From: Burkholderiales bacterium
Lineage (GTDB): Bacteria > Pseudomonadota > Gammaproteobacteria > Burkholderiales > SG8-39
Length of the DNA stretch: 64,000 nucleotides
Reading direction: 5' to 3'
Assembly: GCA_035459025.1 (NCBI GenBank)
Contig: DATHYT010000045.1
Coordinates: forward strand, 13,171-77,170
Both the position numbers and the translations under genes were made by a program. Numbering within the stretch: the stretch's first letter is position 1; every line of letters begins with the position of its first letter. Positions 39,360-46,400 of this stretch are shown piece after piece. Under the pieces are notes generated by a model. That model made no database searches. It was given only the letters and a program-made list of their open reading frames with translations, and had not been told where the DNA came from.

Positions 39360-40117
39360 GCGCCTTTCAGCTTCTTCGCCGCCTCCAGGATCGGCCCGAG
39401 GACGTCCATCGGCAGCGGGAACACGATGGTGTGCGACTTGTCGCTCGCGATCTGCGTGAGCGTCTGCAGGTACCGCAGCTGCATCGCCTCGGCGCGCTGC
39501 GACAGCATGTTGGCGGCCTCGAGCAGCTTCTCCGAAGCCTGCATCTCGCCTTCGGCGTGGATGATCTTCGCGCGTCGCGCGCGCTCGGCTTCCGCCTGCT
39601 GCGCGATGGCGCGCACCATGGATTCGTTGAGGTCGACGTGCTTGATCTCGACGTTCGCCACCTTGATGCCCCAGGCGTCGGTCTGCTGGTCGAGGATGGT
39701 CTGGATGTCGGCGTTCAGCTTGTCGCGCTCGGCGAGCATCTCGTCGAGCTCGTGCTTGCCGAGCACGGAGCGCAGCGTGGTCTGCGCCAGCTGGCTGGTG
39801 GCGTCCAGGAAGTTCGCCACCTGGATGATGGCGAGCTGCGGGTCGACGACGCGGAAGTACACCACCGCGTTCACCTTCACCGAGACGTTGTCGCGCGAAA
39901 TCACGTCCTGGCTCGGCACGTCGAGCACGATGAGGCGCAGGTCGACGCGCACCATCTGCTGGATGCCGGGGATGACGATGATCAGCCCGGGGCCCATGAC
40001 GCGCTGGAAGCGCCCGAGCAGGAACACCACGCCACGCTCGTATTCGCGCAGGATGCGAATCGAGGCGATGATCAGCAGGATGATCAGCGCCAGGAAACCG
40101 AGTCCGAAGTTCAGCAT
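39356..40117 (-). CDS. SPFH/Band-7 (stomatin-like, slipin) membrane protein
   Basis: 253 aa. N-terminal TM helix, then [14 protein letters not shown]...[26 protein letters not shown]... and an [17 protein letters not shown] coiled region. Confidence 0.9.
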   Translation of the reverse strand: MLNFGLGFLALIILLIIASIRILREYERGVVFLLGRFQRVMGPGLIIVIPGIQQMVRVDLRLIVLDVPSQDVISRDNVSVKVNAVVYFRVVDPQLAIIQVANFLDATSQLAQTTLRSVLGKHELDEMLAERDKLNADIQTILDQQTDAWGIKVANVEIKHVDLNESMVRAIAQQAEAERARRAKIIHAEGEMQASEKLLEAANMLSQRAEAMQLRYLQTLTQIASDKSHTIVFPLPMDVLGPILEAAKKLKGA

Positions 40118-40133
40118 GCCGTTCTCCTCGTCG

Positions 40134-41477
40134 TCATTCGTCGGCGCTCGCGCGCGTCGCGTCGAGCACCAATCCGTGGACCGCCGTGATGCGCAGGCGT
40201 TCCCCGGCGCGCAGCGGCTCCTTCGTGCGCACGCGCCAGCGCTCGCCCTGCACCCGCGCCCAGCCCTCGCCCGAGATGTCCTCGAGCGCCTCGCCGGACG
40301 CGCCGAGCAGGTACTCGCGCCCGGCGACCACCGGGCGCGCGCGGTTCTTCACCATCATGCCCACGACCAGGAACACGAAGGCCGCGCTGCCGACCGTAAC
40401 GCCGGCGATCAGCGTGTACGGGATCTCGAACTGCGGAATGTCGGTGTCGAGCAGCATGATCGAGCCGATGACGAACGCCACCAGCCCGCCGACGGCGAGC
40501 GCGCCGTGCGCGGCCACCCACACCTCGGCCACCATGAAGGCGATGCCGAGCAAGAGCAGCGCCAGCCCCGCGTAGTTCACCGGCAGCAGCTGGAACGCGT
40601 ACATCGCGATCAGGATGCAGATCGCGCCGACCACGCCGGGCAGGATCAGTCCAGGGTTGGAGAACTCGAAGATCAGCGCGTAGATGCCGAGCAGGATCAT
40701 CAGGTAGGCCACGCTCGGGTTGGTGATCACGCGCAGCACGTTGGTGCGCCAGTCGGCCTCGATCTCGGTCACCTGGGCGCCGGCGGTGGCGAGCTTGCGC
40801 TTCTCGCCGCCCGCCTCGACCGTGCGCCCGTCGACCGCCTGCAGCAGCGCCGGCACGCTGTCGGCGACGATCTCGATCACCTTGATCTTCTTCGCTTCCG
40901 CGGCCGAGAGGCTGACCGCCTCGCGCACCGCGCGCTCGCCCCACTCCGCGTTGCGCCCGCGCAGCTCGGCGAGGCTGCGGATATACGCGGCCGCGTCGTT
41001 GGTCGCCTTGCGCATCATCGTGTCGCCGGCGGGCGCGGCGCCCTTCTTGGCATCCTTGCCCGAGGGATCCGGCTTGTCGCCGCCGCCCGAGGGCGCGCCG
41101 ATCGCCACCGGCGAGGCCGCGCCGAGGTTGGTCGCCGGGGCCATGGCGGCGATGTGCGCCGCATAGAGGATGAAAGTGCCCGCGCTCGCCGCGCGCGCGC
41201 CAGACGGGCCGACCCAGGCCACCACCGGCACCGGCGAAGCGAGGATGTCGCGGATGATGTCGCGCATCGACGTGTCCAGGCCGCCGGGCGTATCGAGGCG
41301 CAGCACCACCAGCGGCGCGCCCTGCTTGGCGGCCGTCTCGAGGCTGCGGCTGACGAAGTCGGACGTCGCCGGGCCGATTGCACCCTCGACGGCGATCAGC
41401 GCCACGGGCGCGGCAGGCAGCGCGAGCGCCGGCGCAAAGAGGAAGGTCGCGAGCAGCAGGCAACGCCGCAGACTCAT
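40134..41477 (-). CDS. NfeD-family membrane-bound serine protease (ClpP-like domain plus C-terminal OB domain)
   Basis: 447 aa. Signal/TM segment, ClpP-class region ([22 protein letters not shown]...[25 protein letters not shown]), 4-5 TM helices and a C-terminal NfeD OB segment ([15 protein letters not shown]). It sits immediately upstream of the SPFH gene, the classic pairing. Confidence 0.85.
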   Translation of the reverse strand: MSLRRCLLLATFLFAPALALPAAPVALIAVEGAIGPATSDFVSRSLETAAKQGAPLVVLRLDTPGGLDTSMRDIIRDILASPVPVVAWVGPSGARAASAGTFILYAAHIAAMAPATNLGAASPVAIGAPSGGGDKPDPSGKDAKKGAAPAGDTMMRKATNDAAAYIRSLAELRGRNAEWGERAVREAVSLSAAEAKKIKVIEIVADSVPALLQAVDGRTVEAGGEKRKLATAGAQVTEIEADWRTNVLRVITNPSVAYLMILLGIYALIFEFSNPGLILPGVVGAICILIAMYAFQLLPVNYAGLALLLLGIAFMVAEVWVAAHGALAVGGLVAFVIGSIMLLDTDIPQFEIPYTLIAGVTVGSAAFVFLVVGMMVKNRARPVVAGREYLLGASGEALEDISGEGWARVQGERWRVRTKEPLRAGERLRITAVHGLVLDATRASADE

Positions 41478-41504
41478 GTGCAGACTATAAACCTATATTC
41501 GCGG

Positions 41505-43415
41505 TCAGTCCGGGAGGCCTGCAGACCGTAATTCGCCAATGACGCGGTCGAGCACCGCTTGATCGCGATAGGGCTCCTGCGCCGCGTGCCGCGCAAGCGA
41601 GAAGTCCGGCGCGAGACCCGCGACCTCGCCCGCAATGCGCCGCGCATCTGCTGCCCAGCCGCCGCGCACCAGCGCGCTCGCGAGGATCAGCCGACAGTTG
41701 ACCGCCTGCGGGGCGATCCGCAGCCCCTCCTGCGCGGCGCTGACTGCGAAATCCATCTGACCGCCCTCCCGGTAGGCGGCGGCGAGAATTTCGACAAACC
41801 AAGGTGGATAGACTGGGGAATAGCGAATCGCATGCCTGATGTGCGTCAAGGCCGCATCCGGCTCGCCGCAGTGCAGGAGCACGTTGGCGAGAAAACCGTT
41901 CGCGTTGGTGCAGTTCGGCCGTATGACGGCAGCCTCGCGCGCGATGGCAAGCGCCTCGTCGAACCTGCGCTGCAGTAGCCGGACGTTTCCGAGCACCGTG
42001 TGCGCCTGGCCGTCGGCGTCTGCCATGCCGACCGCCCGCTCCGCCCACTCGCCGGCGGCAGCGCGCGCCCGCTCCGGATCACTGCTCCAGCCTCGCGTCA
42101 CCTCGAACCACAGGCACATCGCCATCCACGAGGGCCCGTGCGACGAACCAGGCGCCAGCTCGACCACCCGCTCGAAACAGGCGCGCGCGGCCGCCATCGA
42201 TTCCTTGTTCATCTGGAAGAAGGCCTGCATGCCGCGATAGAACTGATCGCGTGATTTCGGCACAGTCAGGCATTTGTGCCAGATCCGCGCCTGCTCGCCG
42301 CTCGCCAGCTTCACGTCAAGTGCGGTAACCACTCGCGCCGCGATCTCGTCCTGGAGTTCGAACGTGTGATCGAGCGCCCGGTCGTACCGCTCGGACCATG
42401 TCACCGTGCCGGCAGTCGTGTCGGTGAGTTGCACGTTCACCCGCACGCGTTCGCCTTGGCGCTGCACAGCACCTTCGAGCGCATTACGCACGCCCAGACG
42501 CCGCGCAGCTTCGGCGGCATCGACGCCGCGCAGGGCATTGGCGGACCCCGCCGCGATCAGGAACACGCCCGGCATCTTGACGAGCGCGTTCTGAATGTCC
42601 ATGCGCAGTCCGTCGGCGAGCGCGGCGGTGTCGGGGTCCTGGCCGGTGCAGGAAAACGGCAGCAGCACGATCGATGGCCGATCGGGGAGCGGCAGCGCGA
42701 CGGACTCGAGTTGCGCCGGAACGGGCCGTGACCCGACCGGCACCTCGCCTTCGGCTAGCGCGAACAACCCAGGCTCCACTGCCGACAGAAGATATCCCGC
42801 GTCGTCCGGAAGCTGGGCATGCACCGCCTCCGTCAAGCGAATCCCGTCTGTCGGGGCGCGCCGCACGATCGATGCCGCGCGCTCGAGCGTTGCCCTGGGG
42901 GGCGACAGGTCGGCCTGGCCGGGTTTCCCCAAATCGAGCCCGAACCGGTAATGCACGTGCTCTGCCGGAGGCAACGCCGCGTTGGCGCGCGCAAGCGCGC
43001 TGCGCGCGCCAATTGCGCAGGCCAGCGCTTGCGCCGCGGTATCGAACACCGCGAGGAGCGCGTCGGCCGGCGCCACCCCAAGCCGGCCGCCATGCTCGCC
43101 GACAGTGGCGACGAGCACCTGTCGCGCGCGCGCGACCGCGCCACGTGCCGCTCGCACGTCCTCTCCCATGAGGATGCCAAATGCACGCAATTCTCCGTGC
43201 AGAACGACAGTGGTGCCGGAAAGCGCGCGCGGCACCGTCTGCGCCACCGGGCCAATCGCTGCAGCCGTTTGCGGGTGCGTCTTACGGTCGACCCACTTAT
43301 CCCAGAAATACCAGGCGGCCGCGATGCCGCCGAGGACCGTTGCTATGGTAAGCACCACCTCCATCCGTATTCGCCCCCTGTTTGCACGTCGCCTTCGATT
43401 GCGAGGCCAATTCAA
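41505..43415 (-). CDS. membrane-anchored protein: degenerate class III cyclase-homology-like region, then a TolB-N-like segment and TPR repeats
   Basis: 636 aa; start at 43415, or ATG 43364 (MEVVLTIATVLGG...). The TolB-like pattern PSIVLLPFSCTGQDPDTAALADGLRMDIQNAL...ALEGAVQRQGERVRVNVQLTDT..G.V.WSERYD is typical of 'adenylate cyclase-TPR' proteins. The C-terminal half is TPR-like. The cyclase-like part lacks the usual FxDIxGFT metal-Asp and the N/R catalytic pair. Confidence 0.6.
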   Translation of the reverse strand: MNWPRNRRRRANRGRIRMEVVLTIATVLGGIAAAWYFWDKWVDRKTHPQTAAAIGPVAQTVPRALSGTTVVLHGELRAFGILMGEDVRAARGAVARARQVLVATVGEHGGRLGVAPADALLAVFDTAAQALACAIGARSALARANAALPPAEHVHYRFGLDLGKPGQADLSPPRATLERAASIVRRAPTDGIRLTEAVHAQLPDDAGYLLSAVEPGLFALAEGEVPVGSRPVPAQLESVALPLPDRPSIVLLPFSCTGQDPDTAALADGLRMDIQNALVKMPGVFLIAAGSANALRGVDAAEAARRLGVRNALEGAVQRQGERVRVNVQLTDTTAGTVTWSERYDRALDHTFELQDEIAARVVTALDVKLASGEQARIWHKCLTVPKSRDQFYRGMQAFFQMNKESMAAARACFERVVELAPGSSHGPSWMAMCLWFEVTRGWSSDPERARAAAGEWAERAVGMADADGQAHTVLGNVRLLQRRFDEALAIAREAAVIRPNCTNANGFLANVLLHCGEPDAALTHIRHAIRYSPVYPPWFVEILAAAYREGGQMDFAVSAAQEGLRIAPQAVNCRLILASALVRGGWAADARRIAGEVAGLAPDFSLARHAAQEPYRDQAVLDRVIGELRSAGLPD

Positions 43416-43454
43416 TCAGAAGCGGGCGCAGATCGCCATACGCTGTCGGCTAGA

Positions 43455-46400
43455 ATGCGGTCTTTCCGCCGGCAAATCCCCCTCTTGAAGCAGGAACAGA
43501 TTCCCGCCGACGCCATCGTCATTCGCGGCGCGCGCCAGAACAATCTCAAGAACCTGACGCTGACGCTGCCCGCGGGCGAGCTGATCGTGGTGACCGGCGT
43601 TTCGGGCTCGGGCAAGTCCTCCCTCGTCTTCGACACCGTCTACGCCGAGGGCCAGCGCCGCTACGTCGAGACCTTCAGCCCCTACGCGCGCCAGTTCCTA
43701 GAGCGCATGGACAAGCCGCAGGTGGATGCCGTGGAGGGCATCCCGCCGGCCATCGCCATCGACCAGACCAACCCGGTGCGCACCTCGCGCTCCACGGTCG
43801 GCACCATGACCGAGCTGAACGACCACCTTAAGCTGCTCTACGCGCGCGCGGCCCAGCTGCACTGCCGCGGCTGCGGCAAGCCGGTGCGCCGCGACACGCC
43901 GCAGTCGATCTACGCCGCGCTGCCGCAGGACAGGGTGACGATCACGTTCCCGGTGCCGGTGCCGAAGAACTTCTCTGAAAAGGAAGTGGAAGCGCTCCTG
44001 CAGCGCCAGGGCTACACCAAGCTGCACTCACGCTCCAAGACCCTGATCGAAGTAGTGCAGGACACCGTGACCCCGGGGAAGTCCGAGAAGTCGCGGGTAA
44101 TGGACGCCATCGAATCTGCCCTCCGGTTTGGGCAAGGGCGTTTGGTTGCCTACGCTGAAGGTATCGTCGGTTCGGTTTCAAATACATCTGCCGACTTGGC
44201 CGGAAGAATCACCCGGCCAGGTCGGCAGACCCTAGGAGACCCAACGGAGGCACTGCGGTTTTCTACGGCTCTGCATTGCCCGGACTGCGATCTCACCTAT
44301 TCCGACCCCACCCCGGCGCAGTTCTCCTTCAACTCCCCGCTCGGCGCCTGCGACACCTGCCGCGGCTTCGGGCGCGTGATCGGCGTCGACTACGGGCTGG
44401 TGATTCCGGACGAGTCGAAGACGCTGCGCGAGGGCGCGATCCGGCCCTGGCAGACGCCGAGCTTCAAGGAATGCCAGGACGACCTGGCGAAGTACGCGAA
44501 GAAGCGCGGCCTGTCGCTCGACGTCCCGTGGCGCGAGATGAAGGACGCCGACCGCCGCTGGGTGATCGACGGCGACGACGGCTGGGTGAGCTGGAAGAAG
44601 TCCTGGCCCGGCAAGTGGTACGGCGTGGCGCGATTCTTCAAGTGGCTGGAGTCGAAGGCCTACAAGATGCACATCCGCGTGCTGCTCTCCAAGTATCGCG
44701 CGTACACGGAGTGCACGGCCTGCAACGGCACGCGCCTGAAGCCCGACGCGACGTTGTGGAAGCTCGCCGGCAAGTCGATCCACGAGCTGATGCTGATGCC
44801 GGTGAGCGACGTGCAGCGCCTGTTCGGCGGCCTCGAGCTGCCCAGGCCGCTCGACGAGGCCACCGACCTTCTGCTCGGCGAGATCCGCACGCGCCTGGCC
44901 TACCTGGGCGAAGTGGGTCTGGGCTACCTCACGCTCGACCGGCAGTCGCGCACCCTTTCCGGCGGCGAGGTGCAGCGGATCAACCTGACCACGGCGCTCG
45001 GCACTTCGCTGGTGAATACGCTCTTCGTGCTCGACGAGCCTTCCATCGGCCTGCACCCGCGCGACATGGGGCGCGTGATCGACGTGATGAAGAAGCTGCG
45101 CGACGCGGGCAACTCGCTCGTCGTCGTCGAGCACGACCCGCAGATCATGCTGGCCGCCGACCGCATCCTCGACATGGGCCCGGGCCCCGGCGAGCGCGGC
45201 GGCGAGATCGTGTTCTTCGGGGATCCGGCCGAACTGCGCAAGAAGGACACGCTCACCGCGCAGTACCTGTCGGGGCGCAAGCGCACCGAGGCGCCGCGCG
45301 CCCCGCGCGCGCCGGCGAAGTTCGTCACGGTGCGCGGCGCGTCCGAGCACAACCTCAAGGATATCGACGTCGCTTTCCCGCTGGAGCGCCTGGTGTGCGT
45401 GACGGGCGTCTCCGGATCGGGCAAGTCCACGCTGGTGCAGGACGTGCTCTACGCCGCGCTGCGCAAGGCGAAGGGCAAGCCGACCGAGACGCCCGGAAGG
45501 CACCGCGCGCTTGAAGGTGCCGAGCTCGTGGGCGACGTCGTCATGGTGGATCAGTCGCCGATCGGCAAGACCACGCGCTCCAATCCGGCAAGCTACGTCG
45601 GCGCCTTCGACGCCATTCGCGACCTGTACGCCAAGGCGCCAGTGGCGAAAGAGCGCAAGTACACCGCGGGTACCTTCAGCTTCAACTCGGGCCACGGCCG
45701 CTGCCCGGCCTGCGGCGGCAACGGCTTCGAGCACGTCGAGATGCAGTTCCTCTCCGACGTCTACCTGCGCTGCCCGGACTGCAACGGCAAGCGCTACCGG
45801 CCCGAGGTGCTCGAGGTGGCGCTGCGCGGCAAGAGCATCGCCGATGCGCTGGAGATGACGGTGTCTGCGGCCCTCGTGTTCTTCGAGGACCACGCCGAGG
45901 TCCTCGCGCGGCTGCGGCCCCTGGCCGACGTCGGCCTGGATTACCTGCGCCTCGGCCAGCCGGTGCCGACCCTTTCAGGCGGCGAAGCGCAGCGCCTCAA
46001 GCTTGCCGGGCACCTGACGCTGAAGGCCGGAGAGGAGCGCAAGCTCTTCCTGTTCGACGAGCCGACCACCGGCCTGCACTTCGAGGACATCGCGAAGCTG
46101 CTGCGCGCGTTCCGCCAGCTCATCGCGGCCGGGCACTCGCTGGTCGTCATCGAGCACAACCTCGACGTGATCCGCGCCGCCGACTGGATCCTCGACCTCG
46201 GTCCCGAGGGCGGCGCCGCGGGCGGCGAGCGGGTGTGCGCAGGAACGCCTTCGGAGGTGATGCGGCACGCGACGTCGCACACCGCGAAAGCGCTGCGCGA
46301 CTATGAAAAGGGGACAGACCTCATTTCCTTGAAATCAAAGGACAGGGAAATGAGGTCTGTCCCCAATATACGCATCCACAACGCACGCGAGCACAACCTC

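Noticed and set aside
42819-43454. A 212-codon upstream extension of the uvrA-like ORF.
   Set aside because: It overlaps the divergently transcribed TPR/cyclase-like gene and has no UvrA similarity. The canonical UvrA N-terminal motif begins about 20 codons after ATG 43455.
43365-43454. LexA/SOS box (CTGT-N8-ACAG type) upstream of the uvrA-like gene; also looked for upstream of the SRAP gene at 14675-14702.
   Set aside because: CTGT motifs are present, but none has the complementary half-site at the required spacing.
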